DNA of 64,000 nucleotides from Deltaproteobacteria bacterium (GTDB lineage: Bacteria; Myxococcota; Kuafuiibacteriia; Kuafuiibacteriales; Kuafuiibacteriaceae): contig JAVJQW010000019.1 of assembly GCA_040218735.1 (NCBI GenBank), positions 96,001 through 160,000 of the forward strand, read 5' to 3'. Shown here piece after piece: positions 8,986-18,388 of the stretch. Under the pieces are notes generated by a model, which saw only the letters and a program-made list of their open reading frames with translations, was not told the DNA's origin and did no database searches. The position numbers were made by a program, and so were the translations under genes. Numbering within the stretch: the first letter of the stretch is position 1; each line of letters opens with the position of its first letter.

Positions 8986-9783
8986 GTGCATCGACCCTTC
9001 GCGCTCGCCGCCCTCTCGACCCTCGTACTGCCCGGTACGGTGCTCGCCGACGCTATCGACATCCCCACGCCCGCGCCCTGCCCGACGACGCAGCTTCGGC
9101 ACCGCGTCTTGCTGCCGTTCGACCAGGCGCAGGACGTCCCGGTGAACGCGTCCATCTGGGCGATCGAGGACACGCAGAACGGGGGACCGCCCCTCGAGGT
9201 CATCGACACCACGACGAACGAGGCGGTCGCGCTCGACGCGTCGTACCACGCCACGGCGGTCGGCGTGGTGGTGCAGCTCGCGCCCGTCGACGCGCTGATG
9301 CCCGGGCGGACGTACGAGATCCGCAACGCGGGGACCGACGCTCGGCGGTTCACGACGGGGAGCGACCGCGACGACATCGCCCCGCGCGCACCGTCTTTGG
9401 GGAACGGCTACGCGCAGTACCTGACCTGCACATCCGCGTACGGATTGGCGGTGGCGTTCGACGCGGAGATCAACACGCTGACGTTCGCGAGGCGCACCGA
9501 CGGGACGCTCATCGGATTCGCGGAGCCGTCGTACCCGCTGACCGTCGCCGGCGACCTCGATGCCCAGGTGGAGTTTCGCGCGTACTCGGTCGACCTCGCG
9601 GGGAACGTGGGCGACGACAGCGCGACGCGCCGTCAGGAGATCGTGGTGTCGGACGGAGCGACGGATGACGGCGTCGGGTGCACGTGCGCTGCTCCGGGTC
9701 GCGCCGGGATCGCAGCGGGCCTCCTGCTGTTCCCGCTCCTGATCGCGGTCCGAAGGCGACTCGCACGCACGAGCGCCGCATGA
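8986..9783 (+). CDS. Secreted Ig-like protein with MYXO-CTERM-like sorting tail (paralogue 1)
   Basis: Signal peptide; DVPVNASIW; VDLAGN; tail GCTCAAPG..TM..RRR. Confidence 0.8.
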   Translation: MHRPFALAALSTLVLPGTVLADAIDIPTPAPCPTTQLRHRVLLPFDQAQDVPVNASIWAIEDTQNGGPPLEVIDTTTNEAVALDASYHATAVGVVVQLAPVDALMPGRTYEIRNAGTDARRFTTGSDRDDIAPRAPSLGNGYAQYLTCTSAYGLAVAFDAEINTLTFARRTDGTLIGFAEPSYPLTVAGDLDAQVEFRAYSVDLAGNVGDDSATRRQEIVVSDGATDDGVGCTCAAPGRAGIAAGLLLFPLLIAVRRRLARTSAA

Positions 9784-9835
9784 CCCGAATGTCGCGGTGC
9801 CGCACGTGACGGTTTCGCGCATCGACGAAACCAGG

Positions 9836-9851
9836 TGGCCTCGGATTTGCT
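9836..9851 (+). promoter_or_regulatory. sigma54 -24/-12 promoter
   Basis: TGGCCTCGGATTTGCT (GG-N10-GC) upstream of ATG 9865. Confidence 0.6.
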
Positions 9852-9864
9852 CCTCCGAGATCAC

Positions 9865-10641
9865 ATGAAACGCACCCTCGCCTTCGCTGCCCTGTCGACC
9901 TTCGGACTGCCCGCCGCGGCGTTCGCCGACGCCGCCCCCTTCCGGGCGCCGCCCGTTTGTCTGGGGACGCAGGTGCGTCACCGCGTCATGCTCCCCACCA
10001 ACGGAGCGCGGGACATCCCGCTGAACGCTTCGATCTGGGCGATCGAGGACACGCGGAACGGCGACGTGCCGCTGGAGCTCATCGACACCGTGACGGACGA
10101 GGCGATCGCGCTCGACCCGGTCTACTACCCGACCGCGACGGGCGTCGTCGTGCAGTTCAAGCCGACGGAGGACCTGCAGCCGAGCCGGGTCTACACGGTG
10201 CGGAACACCCATCGCCCCGACTACCAGTTCACAGCGGGCCGCGACCGTGACGAGGTCGCGCCGCGCGCGCCGACGATGCTGGACGGGTTCGGCCAGTACT
10301 TCGCTTGCGGCGAGACGTTCGGCCTCGCGGTGTTCCTCGACGCCGAAGCCGACACCCTCACCTTCGCGGAGCGCGCCGACGGGGCGCTCCTCGGCTACTC
10401 GGAACCGTTCGACGCGCTGCAGGTCGCGGGCGAGGTCGAAACCGAGGTCGAGTTCATCGCGTACTCGGTCGACCTCGCGGGCAACGCCAGCGAGGACACC
10501 GACACCCGTCGGCAGAAGATCGAGGAGACGCAGAGCTCGACGATCCTCCCGTTCGGATGCACCTGCGCCGACTCGGGACGCGCGGGGCTCTGGGCCGGGC
10601 TCCTGCTCCTCCCGCTCGCGCTCCTGGCCCGCCGCCGGTGA
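9865..10641 (+). CDS. Secreted Ig-like protein with MYXO-CTERM-like sorting tail (paralogue 2)
   Basis: Collinear with paralogue 1 (NASIWAIEDT, AYSVDLAGN); tail GCTCADSG..LLARRR. Confidence 0.8.
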   Translation: MKRTLAFAALSTFGLPAAAFADAAPFRAPPVCLGTQVRHRVMLPTNGARDIPLNASIWAIEDTRNGDVPLELIDTVTDEAIALDPVYYPTATGVVVQFKPTEDLQPSRVYTVRNTHRPDYQFTAGRDRDEVAPRAPTMLDGFGQYFACGETFGLAVFLDAEADTLTFAERADGALLGYSEPFDALQVAGEVETEVEFIAYSVDLAGNASEDTDTRRQKIEETQSSTILPFGCTCADSGRAGLWAGLLLLPLALLARRR

Positions 10642-10645
10642 CGGT

Positions 10646-11677
10646 TCAGCGAAGGCCGTAGAAGCGCGCCGCGGTCAGGTTCTCCTCGAACCTCAGGTCG
10701 TAGCGACGCTGGAGCTGCGCGACCAGCCGTCGGTAGGTGGCCGGCGGGAGGTAGCCGGGCTGGTGCGGCGAGAGCACCCAACGGCCGGGCCGCCCCATGA
10801 CCGGCGTGCGCCGGAGGACGACCTCGGCGGCGAGGACTCGGCCCGTCGCGGTCTCGACGATTGCGCGCTCCACGCGCGCGTAGGTCGCGAGCGCTCGCGT
10901 GATGACGAAGGTGCGGGGGAGCCCCGGCTCGGCGACCGGCGGTCGCGCCGCGGCGATCTCGCGATCGACGACCGCCGGGAGGCGGCGGTAGAAGCGCCGC
11001 AGCGCAGACACGGCGACCACGCCTCGGTTCGACTCGTGGTTCGGGGCCTTGAACGACTCCACCGACCCCGTGCTGCCACCGTCGAGCCGAGGGTCGAAGA
11101 TCGCGCTCTGGTTGATCCAACGACGTGCGACGAGCGCACCCGTCTTGGCGTCCTGAATCACGACCCGCACCGCGACCTGTCCGGCGGGAAATACGGAGGC
11201 CCGGTCGAGGGTGCCGCCACCGGCGGACAGTTGGATCCAGTGCTCCTCGTAGCTCACGCCGTAGAAGTGATGGACTTCGGTCCCGAGCACGAACTCCGCC
11301 GCCTCGCGCTCGTCCGTGACCTCGCAGAACGCGGCCGCCTCGAGCGTGGCCTTGATCCCCACGCGGAGATCATCGACGAACCGTTCGCCCCGAATGCTCT
11401 GCGAGGCTTGGTACGTGATGAACTCCGTCGACTGAATCCACATCACCGGAATGAGCGGCAAGAGCAGACGGAGGTGTTTGTTCTCGCCGCCACGGCGCTC
11501 GTGCTCGGGGCGAAGATCCACTGGGCGCTCGACCAACACGCTGCACGCGCGCTTCGGCAACGCGATCGGCTGACGCTCGAGCGGCTCCGAGCCCATGTTC
11601 CGTTGCGCGAACGTCGCGGTGCAGCCGGTACCGACGACGAAGACGGCCGCGATGGGGAGGTAGCGATGGGACTTCAT
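10646..11677 (-). CDS. Hypothetical lipoprotein
   Basis: Start MKSHRYLPIAAVFVVGTGC (lipobox); ATGA overlap with the upstream gene. Confidence 0.7.
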   Translation of the reverse strand: MKSHRYLPIAAVFVVGTGCTATFAQRNMGSEPLERQPIALPKRACSVLVERPVDLRPEHERRGGENKHLRLLLPLIPVMWIQSTEFITYQASQSIRGERFVDDLRVGIKATLEAAAFCEVTDEREAAEFVLGTEVHHFYGVSYEEHWIQLSAGGGTLDRASVFPAGQVAVRVVIQDAKTGALVARRWINQSAIFDPRLDGGSTGSVESFKAPNHESNRGVVAVSALRRFYRRLPAVVDREIAAARPPVAEPGLPRTFVITRALATYARVERAIVETATGRVLAAEVVLRRTPVMGRPGRWVLSPHQPGYLPPATYRRLVAQLQRRYDLRFEENLTAARFYGLR

Positions 11678-12300
11678 GAGCGTGCTCCGGTGATCTCGTG
11701 GACGAGGTACTGCGCGACGACGTCCAGCGCATCGACGTCGGTTCGAATCAGCAGGCGATGGGTGCCCGTGCGCACCACGCCACCGCCCCAGCGATAGCGA
11801 TAGACGACCCGCACGAGGTCGACGCACGTCTGATCGTCGAGCTCTGACATCTGTTCGTCGCGCTCCCAGCGATGAATCTCGAAGGCGTCGATCGTGACCT
11901 CGAGTCGGTCGAGCTCGACGCCGGCGAGTGCCTCGGATCCCGGCGCCGACGCCCGATCGGAAACGACGAAGACAGAGGCGCCGCCGCTTCGGAGCCCGTC
12001 GACCGTGCGATCACGCAAGTGCTCGACGAGGTTGGGGACGACGTAGATCTCTGCGACGGGAACCGCCTCGCGCTCGTCGAGGTAAGAACCGTGCGGTGCG
12101 AGCGTTCGGTCACCGAACGGGAGTACAAGCACCGGACGCTTGCGCCCCTTCGAAGGAGCGGCGCCGGGCGCCGCCGAGAACCCGCCGTGCTCGGCGAGTG
12201 CGGCTTCGAACAGTGGGAGCGGGTTGAGGTGGAGGCCGGCGCGTCGATGGGAAGCGCAGCCGGCGAGGCACACGAGCGCCACGACGCTCGCCCACCTCAC
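11674..12300 (-). CDS. Hypothetical lipoprotein
   Basis: MRWASVVALVCLAGC lipobox; 4-bp overlaps with both neighbours. Confidence 0.7.
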   Translation of the reverse strand: MRWASVVALVCLAGCASHRRAGLHLNPLPLFEAALAEHGGFSAAPGAAPSKGRKRPVLVLPFGDRTLAPHGSYLDEREAVPVAEIYVVPNLVEHLRDRTVDGLRSGGASVFVVSDRASAPGSEALAGVELDRLEVTIDAFEIHRWERDEQMSELDDQTCVDLVRVVYRYRWGGGVVRTGTHRLLIRTDVDALDVVAQYLVHEITGARS

Positions 12301-12605
12301 GGCTTCACCGCCCGCTCGGCTTCCGCCTTCGCGACCTCTTCCAGCTTCGTCTTCGTGACGACGTCGCCGGGTAGCAGCGTGGAGCCTTGGTGCTCGTCGT
12401 CGCGGTGGACCTCGCGGAGGGAACGCTTCGCGATGGTTGTGTGGGTGTCATTCAACGTGCGGTGGTCCAGGGCGAAGAACCCCTGGTGGAGCGCCCGCCA
12501 CCCGCGACCCTTGGGCGGGGGCGCAGGAGGCCGAGCGGAAGCGCAAGCGGCGGTGAGCAGGACGGCGCTCAGCGCCATCGTCCAGGGGCGTCGGGAGGCA
12601 GGCAT
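12297..12605 (-). CDS. Small hypothetical lipoprotein
   Basis: MPASRRPWTMALSAVLLTAAC lipobox; first gene after a sigma54 promoter. Confidence 0.6.
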   Translation of the reverse strand: MPASRRPWTMALSAVLLTAACASARPPAPPPKGRGWRALHQGFFALDHRTLNDTHTTIAKRSLREVHRDDEHQGSTLLPGDVVTKTKLEEVAKAEAERAVKP

Positions 12606-12617
12606 GGCGCTACCGAG

Positions 12618-12634
12618 TGCAGCGGACATGCCAG
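12618..12634 (-). promoter_or_regulatory. sigma54 -24/-12 promoter
   Basis: Minus strand CTGGCATGTCCGCTGCA. Confidence 0.7.
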
Positions 12635-12673
12635 CGGAGAGCGCGGTGCTTTGGTGCGGGTGCCCTGGAGCGC

Positions 12674-12725
12674 CGAACGAAGCTCGGACGAAGCTCGGAC
12701 GGCCGGCGAACGAATTTCGGACGAA
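12674..12725 (+). promoter_or_regulatory. Five CG(A/G)ACGAA-like direct repeats at an exact 11-bp period (candidate enhancer/operator)
   Basis: CGAACGAA 12674, CGGACGAA 12685, CGGACGGC 12696, CGAACGAA 12707, CGGACGAA 12718. Confidence 0.7.
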
Positions 12726-12900
12726 CGCGGTTCGCGAGCCGCCCGGCGGGGATCGCGGTGGGGCTCCAGTTCCGGTCGCTCGTGTTCCTGGGCGGTCGTC
12801 GTGGGCCGGGAGGCGCCTCGGGGGCACGATGGGACTTCTGCCTCGGCGGCGTTCGAATCTGTCGTTGCCGAGAGGTCGCACCTTTGCCGATGATTGGGGG

Positions 12901-13335
12901 GTGCGATTCCGGCACGGACCGCTCGAGCTGGAGCTCCCCGAGGGGTGGGCGGACCAGTCCACGTTGGCGTTCGTCGCGCCGGCGGAGGCGCCGCGGGTCC
13001 TGACGACCGCGGCGGTCACGCCGCCGACGGAGGCGGTGCAGATCAACTTCGTGGCGGGTGCGCCGGATTCGATCCTGGAGGCGCAGGCCGCGGAGCTCGG
13101 CGAGGAGCACCGGGTCGAGGTGCTGGAGCGCCGGGACTTCTCGTGCGCGCTGGGTGCGGGGCGGCTGTTCCACCAGCGCATGACACTCGCGGAGCAGTCG
13201 CTCGATCAGCTGGTGTTCGCGGTGGCGGTCGGCGACGCGACGGTGCTCGCGAGCGCGGCGTGCGCGACGGAGCGCTTCGCGGCGAAGCGCGCGACGCTGG
13301 AGGGCGTGCTCGCGTCGATCGGAGCGTCGTCGTGA
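12901..13335 (+). CDS. DcrB-related / DUF1795-like protein
   Basis: C-terminal part of ORF 11872..13335 from GTG 12901: LELELPEGWADQSTLAF...QLVFAV...LASI. Confidence 0.65.
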   Translation: MRFRHGPLELELPEGWADQSTLAFVAPAEAPRVLTTAAVTPPTEAVQINFVAGAPDSILEAQAAELGEEHRVEVLERRDFSCALGAGRLFHQRMTLAEQSLDQLVFAVAVGDATVLASAACATERFAAKRATLEGVLASIGASS

Positions 13336-13396
13336 ACGGATCGCGCCACCGGAACGGCGCATCGCGGCGTGACGTCGTGGAGATCGGAGCGTCGTC

Positions 13397-15142
13397 ATGA
13401 GAGCGAAACGTCGTCTGTACGCCGGGTCCGGGCTCGTCGCGAAGAAGGTCGCGGAGTCGGAGCCGGGGATCGAAGCGAAGGACGTGAAGCTGCGCGTCGA
13501 CGGCGCGGACGTCGACACCGAGCAGGCGGTCGCGGACTTCGAGGGGCTGGAGGAGGCGATCTACCAGCTCGCGACGCTGGAGACGCCGCTGCTCGAGCCC
13601 GAGCGCGAGGACTTCGATTCGGATGAGGCGTTCGAGCGCGCGATGACGCGTTACGAAGGTCGCCTCGAGCGGAAGAAGCTCGCCGAGACCGCGCCGAAGC
13701 GCGACGACTACGAATCGGACGCGGACTTCGAGCGCGCGCAGCTCATCCACAAACGCCTGTCGACGCGGAAGAAGTGGATCGGCGAGCTGCTCGCCGCGGT
13801 GCCGAACGGCGTGAAGGCGATCCGAGCGACGGCCGAGAACCCGCCCGCGCTGTCGCCGACGGAGCAGCGGCGGCTCGCCTCGGGTGAGCACCTGCCCGTG
13901 CTCCCGGACGCCGACGCGTTGCTGCCGACGATGAAGTACGGCGCGGCGTTGTTGGTGACGGACTCGGTCAAGGAGACCGGCAAGCGGCTGCACCAGGCGA
14001 AGGACCTGCTCGTCGGGGGGGTGAAGCGGCTCTTTTCGCTGCGGAAGCACCCCGTCGTGGCGACGCCGACCGCGTTCGTCGCGCAGAACGCGAAGCGTTT
14101 GTTGGACAAGCCGGCGATGCGGCCGGTGAAGGTCGCGGGCGGTTACGCGGTGGACGCGGCGCCCTATCCGGTCGACGTGCTGCGCGAGGCGTTGTTCCGC
14201 GCGCACCCGCACAAGGTCGCGGCGACGCACCTCGTGGAGGCGACGCTCCCCGACGGGACGCAGAAGTTCGCGCGGGTGTCGGTGTCGGATCCGGGGATCG
14301 AGCTTTCGATCCTGAAGGAGGTCATCGGCACGAAGGTCGCGTCGATTCCGCCGTTCATCCCGTTCTCCGGGATCCCGCTGTGCGGGGCGTTGGCGGTGCG
14401 GTTCCATAAGTTGGCGACGGCGGCGTACCGCGCAGGGAACCTCCCGGAGGCGAAGGCCTTCGAACGCGCGCGCGACGACCTGGTGGTCTACTCGCTGGTC
14501 GGCGCCACGTGGGTCGTCGGTGAAGGTCTGTACTCCGCGGCGGCGGCGCTGCACGGCGCGCGCGCGCAGAGCGTGAAGGACGAGGACTTCGTCGAGATCG
14601 AGTGGCTGCGTTCGATGCCGGAGATCGATTTGCCGGAGAAGCAGCGCAAGCCACCGCCCGCGCTGCGTTCGCTGTTGGCTTCGTTCCGCGCGGCGAGCGC
14701 CGCGGCGGCTTCGAAGTACCGGCGGCGCCGGTTGGATCGCGTGATCGGATTGGAGAGCCTGGCGTTGGCGGCCAAGGATCCGGCGGCGGCGGTTTCATTG
14801 TTGCGGTCGTCGGTGATGCGCGGCCTCGAGCAGAGCCAGCACGCGCAGACGATGATGCGGCTGTCGGAGGCCTCGGCGGCCAAGGGCAACACGGCGCTGT
14901 CGGAGCTGTACCGGCGCACGGCGGTGAAGGCGATCGAGGCCTCGCTGTGCTCGGAAGGCGTCGCGGAGGCGCTGGAGAAGGCGATCGAGAAGGTGGAGTC
15001 CGGTGAAGGCCCGGACGAGACGACGATCGCCGCCGCGCAGAAGGCGGCGACGAAGCAGCTCACCGCGGAGGCGCCGATCGAAGCGGCGCTCGCGAAGGCG
15101 ACGGTCGAGGCGACGGAAGCCTTGTCGTGGCCGAACGACTAA
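13397..15142 (+). CDS. Hypothetical helical protein with central hydrophobic segments
   Basis: 581-aa ORF with host-like codon usage; internal repeat EREDFDSDEAFERA / KRDDYESDADFERA. Confidence 0.7.
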   Translation: MRAKRRLYAGSGLVAKKVAESEPGIEAKDVKLRVDGADVDTEQAVADFEGLEEAIYQLATLETPLLEPEREDFDSDEAFERAMTRYEGRLERKKLAETAPKRDDYESDADFERAQLIHKRLSTRKKWIGELLAAVPNGVKAIRATAENPPALSPTEQRRLASGEHLPVLPDADALLPTMKYGAALLVTDSVKETGKRLHQAKDLLVGGVKRLFSLRKHPVVATPTAFVAQNAKRLLDKPAMRPVKVAGGYAVDAAPYPVDVLREALFRAHPHKVAATHLVEATLPDGTQKFARVSVSDPGIELSILKEVIGTKVASIPPFIPFSGIPLCGALAVRFHKLATAAYRAGNLPEAKAFERARDDLVVYSLVGATWVVGEGLYSAAAALHGARAQSVKDEDFVEIEWLRSMPEIDLPEKQRKPPPALRSLLASFRAASAAAASKYRRRRLDRVIGLESLALAAKDPAAAVSLLRSSVMRGLEQSQHAQTMMRLSEASAAKGNTALSELYRRTAVKAIEASLCSEGVAEALEKAIEKVESGEGPDETTIAAAQKAATKQLTAEAPIEAALAKATVEATEALSWPND

Positions 15143-15399
15143 AACGGCCGGTGCATCGGCCTCCCCGCCTACATCCGGACGCGGACGAGCGTCGTCGCAC
15201 GATGAAGTAACGCGTTCCGGGTGGGTCGACCTCCCAATCGTCCTCTTCTGCAATGCTGTGAGTAGTTGAGGTTGATCGGTTACCCGGCACGTCCTAGTCT
15301 CTTTCGCCCCTCACTGTTGAGTCGTCGCGAATGGCACTCCCAAACTGAAGCTGGTGCCGTTGTAAGGTCCTTTCGAACTCCCAGCATGAGATTCAGTCT

Positions 15400-18231
15400 A
15401 TGAGCAACTTTCGTATCTTCCTCTCGTCGCCGAATGCGGGACTTGGGAAGCACCGCGCATCCGTTTCTCAAATCGTGGACACGATGAATGGGTTTGAGCT
15501 GGTTTCAATGGAGCGGTTCTCTGCGATGCCCGAGCAACCCGCCGTGGCGTGCGTGGAGGCTGTCGATGCCTGTGATCTTGTGCTTGTCGTGCAAGGTCAC
15601 GCCTACGGGACTATCGTACCAGAGCAGAATATCTCCTTTACTCACTATGAATATGTCCACGCGAAACGCAACTCCAAACCGGTACTTGTCTTCCTGGAGC
15701 AGTTCCTTGCCAAGATGGAGCCCTCAGAACCGGTGGATCGATTCCGTCGAGAACTACTCCAGAACAGCGTCGTTGATTTCTTCAAAGACCCGTCCGATCT
15801 GGCGGCGCGGGTGGCGACAGCCATTCACAACTGGCACCATCAAACGGGCGGTCAAAGTTCCGTATCTGTAGAGCCACTTCCACCACAGCCTCGAATTGCG
15901 CATCCCTATCCGCTTGACGGATCGTTCGTTGGACGCACGACCGAGCGACGGGTCCTTTCGAAGTGGTTCACGCAAGGCGAAGAACAGATTCTTGTAATCG
16001 AGGCGATAGGCGGTCTTGGAAAGAGCGCCCTGGCTTGGTTCTGGTGCCAAGTTGACTTGCTCGGCGTACCGATGCCGAGCAAACACACACTGCCGCGCTG
16101 TCATGCGGAGGTCGAACCTGAAGGCGTGCTCTGGTGGTCATTCTACGAGGTGAATGCCAGGTTCCCTCAGTTCGTTGCGGGAGCCCTCGAATACGTTCGC
16201 GGAACAAAGGAGAGGAAAGGGGGTGGAACCGAGGAACTCTTGCAGCGGCTCCGGGAAGGTCGGTTCTTGATAGTTATCGACGGGTTTGAGCGAGAGCTAC
16301 GAAGCTACGAGGCCGGCTATGGTTCAAGTCAGGGGGACACACCGCCGCGCGGGAGCCGTCGGGAGGCACGTCAGTGCCTCGATCCGGACGCCGCGCGATT
16401 TCTTCGAGACTTCGCCTCTACGCCCGCGATGCGGTCACGCATCCTGATGACAACTCGCCTTTTTCCAATAGAACTAGAGGCTACGGACGGAGAGCCGCTC
16501 CCTCTATGTCGCCGGCTAAGGCTTGGAGATTTTGAGGACGATGAGGCAGTTGCACTGTTTGATCGCTCGGGCATATCCGCATCACGAAGCGACATTCTGC
16601 ATCTTGCTTCGAAGTACGGACATCACCCACTTGCTCTTCGTCTCCTGATTGGCGTCATTAAGAACGACCTTTTTGAAGACCCGGCATCTCTTTCTGCTGC
16701 TGAGACCTATGATCCTATCCCTAGACTTATTCGCCGCGACCACCATATCCTGGAAGTCGCATACGATTCGCTCGCCGCACCGAACAGAGCACTCCTAAGT
16801 AGGCTCGCTGCATTCAGGGGTGTTGTTAACTCTCCGAAGATTCGAGTCGCAGAGAAGGCAGGTGCAGGTCGCGATGAGACTGAGCTACGTGCGGCGGTGC
16901 GAGATCTGGTTGAGCGCAACCTGCTCCTCAAGGAGCCTCGACGAGGTGTGTTCGACCTACATCCGGTGGTGCGCAAGTACGCCTACGACCGACTCTTAAA
17001 CAAGAGATCAGTTCATCTCGATCTATCTAACTACTTTCAAGCATACTCGACAGATGTTGCGATCGAGAAGCGAGGCGACCTTGAAACAGTAATAGAGTTG
17101 TTTCATCAACTTGTTGCTTCTGGTGATCGCCATGAAGCGCTCAAGCTGACCAGGCTACGTCTGCATGCTCCGCTTGTGGATCGTTTTCACGATATCCGGA
17201 CGGCGCTGGAAATCTTTGGAGCTCTTGCGCCCGACGAGATGCCAAGACCGGCGCCACCAGGCCCCTTCAATCTCTGGTACTGGTTCAACCAGCGCTATGG
17301 ACCCTTGCTACGTTCTGCGGGTTTCGCAGACCGAGCCCAGCGGTGGATTAGGTCGGCGTTGGTGGACGGTCATAGCCAGGCTGCCATCTTCGATCTTCAA
17401 CAGACGATTACAGAGGCACTTGAAAAAGCCGTTGACCACGCGATGAGTCTTCGGGCGGTCGGCAGGCTATCTGAGGCTCTCCATATTTGTAGCACCAACA
17501 TAGGCGCGAGCAACACCGGTCTAGCCGCGCCCACCGAGGCCGTCGTTCTGGCCCGTATATCACTCGTATGCGAGTCGGGACTAATTTTCGCCTACAGCGG
17601 TCAGCTTTCGAAGGCCGAAGAGTTCCTTGAGCCGGAGTTCGCCTGGCCGAACGAGTCCGCTGCCGTCGCGGTGGTTTCGGCTCGCCAGAGCCGGTATCGA
17701 TCTTTTCTCTATACGCTGAAGGGAAACACGAGGCGCGCCGCCGTCCTCGCGCGCTGCGGTCTTGATAGGCTCGACGCTCTATCTCAAAAGAGCGTTGGCG
17801 CCGTTGAAGAGAGGATCTTCGCGTTGAGCCAGTTCGCGGTCTGCGTCGCGAAGGGAGAGCCGGCTTCATCTGAACACTTTGGCAGTATTAGCATCGAACT
17901 CAACGAAGCCATCCGACAGGCGAGAGAGCTAGCGCTCGGCGAGGCTGAACTCGACGCATTAATTGCTGCGGCCCAGATAAGCTCAAGGATGGAACTTGAA
18001 GCCGAGGCAGAACGCTACGCGCGAATGGCAGTGGATTGGGCCGAGCGGGGAGGTTATCGCCCAAGACTATCGGACTCAATTCTAATCCTAGCCAGACTAG
18101 TCGGCGAGGAAAATGGGGCAGTCGACCTTGCACTCCGAGCCTTGGCGGTCTCCCGTTTCGATTCGAAGTTGCCGTATCGGATTGGCGTCGATGCGGCCAG
18201 CGAGCTCGCAATGCTGAGCGAAGGTGAATAG
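15400..18231 (+). CDS. DUF4062 - STAND/NB-ARC-like NTPase - winged helix - TPR-like protein (NLR-like defence candidate)
   Basis: N-terminal RIFLSS..SMERF..CDLVLVVQGHAYG..SFTHYEY..KPVLVF; FVGR; Walker A AIGGLGKS; Walker B LIVIDGFE; GHHPLAL; FDLHPVVR. Visibly lower GC than the flanks. Confidence 0.85.
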   Translation: MSNFRIFLSSPNAGLGKHRASVSQIVDTMNGFELVSMERFSAMPEQPAVACVEAVDACDLVLVVQGHAYGTIVPEQNISFTHYEYVHAKRNSKPVLVFLEQFLAKMEPSEPVDRFRRELLQNSVVDFFKDPSDLAARVATAIHNWHHQTGGQSSVSVEPLPPQPRIAHPYPLDGSFVGRTTERRVLSKWFTQGEEQILVIEAIGGLGKSALAWFWCQVDLLGVPMPSKHTLPRCHAEVEPEGVLWWSFYEVNARFPQFVAGALEYVRGTKERKGGGTEELLQRLREGRFLIVIDGFERELRSYEAGYGSSQGDTPPRGSRREARQCLDPDAARFLRDFASTPAMRSRILMTTRLFPIELEATDGEPLPLCRRLRLGDFEDDEAVALFDRSGISASRSDILHLASKYGHHPLALRLLIGVIKNDLFEDPASLSAAETYDPIPRLIRRDHHILEVAYDSLAAPNRALLSRLAAFRGVVNSPKIRVAEKAGAGRDETELRAAVRDLVERNLLLKEPRRGVFDLHPVVRKYAYDRLLNKRSVHLDLSNYFQAYSTDVAIEKRGDLETVIELFHQLVASGDRHEALKLTRLRLHAPLVDRFHDIRTALEIFGALAPDEMPRPAPPGPFNLWYWFNQRYGPLLRSAGFADRAQRWIRSALVDGHSQAAIFDLQQTITEALEKAVDHAMSLRAVGRLSEALHICSTNIGASNTGLAAPTEAVVLARISLVCESGLIFAYSGQLSKAEEFLEPEFAWPNESAAVAVVSARQSRYRSFLYTLKGNTRRAAVLARCGLDRLDALSQKSVGAVEERIFALSQFAVCVAKGEPASSEHFGSISIELNEAIRQARELALGEAELDALIAAAQISSRMELEAEAERYARMAVDWAERGGYRPRLSDSILILARLVGEENGAVDLALRALAVSRFDSKLPYRIGVDAASELAMLSEGE

Positions 18232-18388
18232 CAAGCCGTCGCTCAATCCAACCCCAACACGGTACTCGTTCCGCAGTTGCGCAAACCACGCGGTACGCCG
18301 AGACCTTGCCTGTGTCGGCGTAGAGAGAGGTCTACGAGTTCCCCACTAACTAAACGCTTGAGAATCTTGCCCGGTTCGGCTCCTCGGT

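Noticed and set aside
12886-12893. sigma28 promoter (GCCGATGA) before the DcrB-like gene
   Set aside because: Only a -10-like element, with no TAAA -35; too weak to call.
15143-18388. Integrative element or transposon carrying the NLR-like gene
   Set aside because: No integrase, transposase, terminal inverted repeats or target duplication could be seen.
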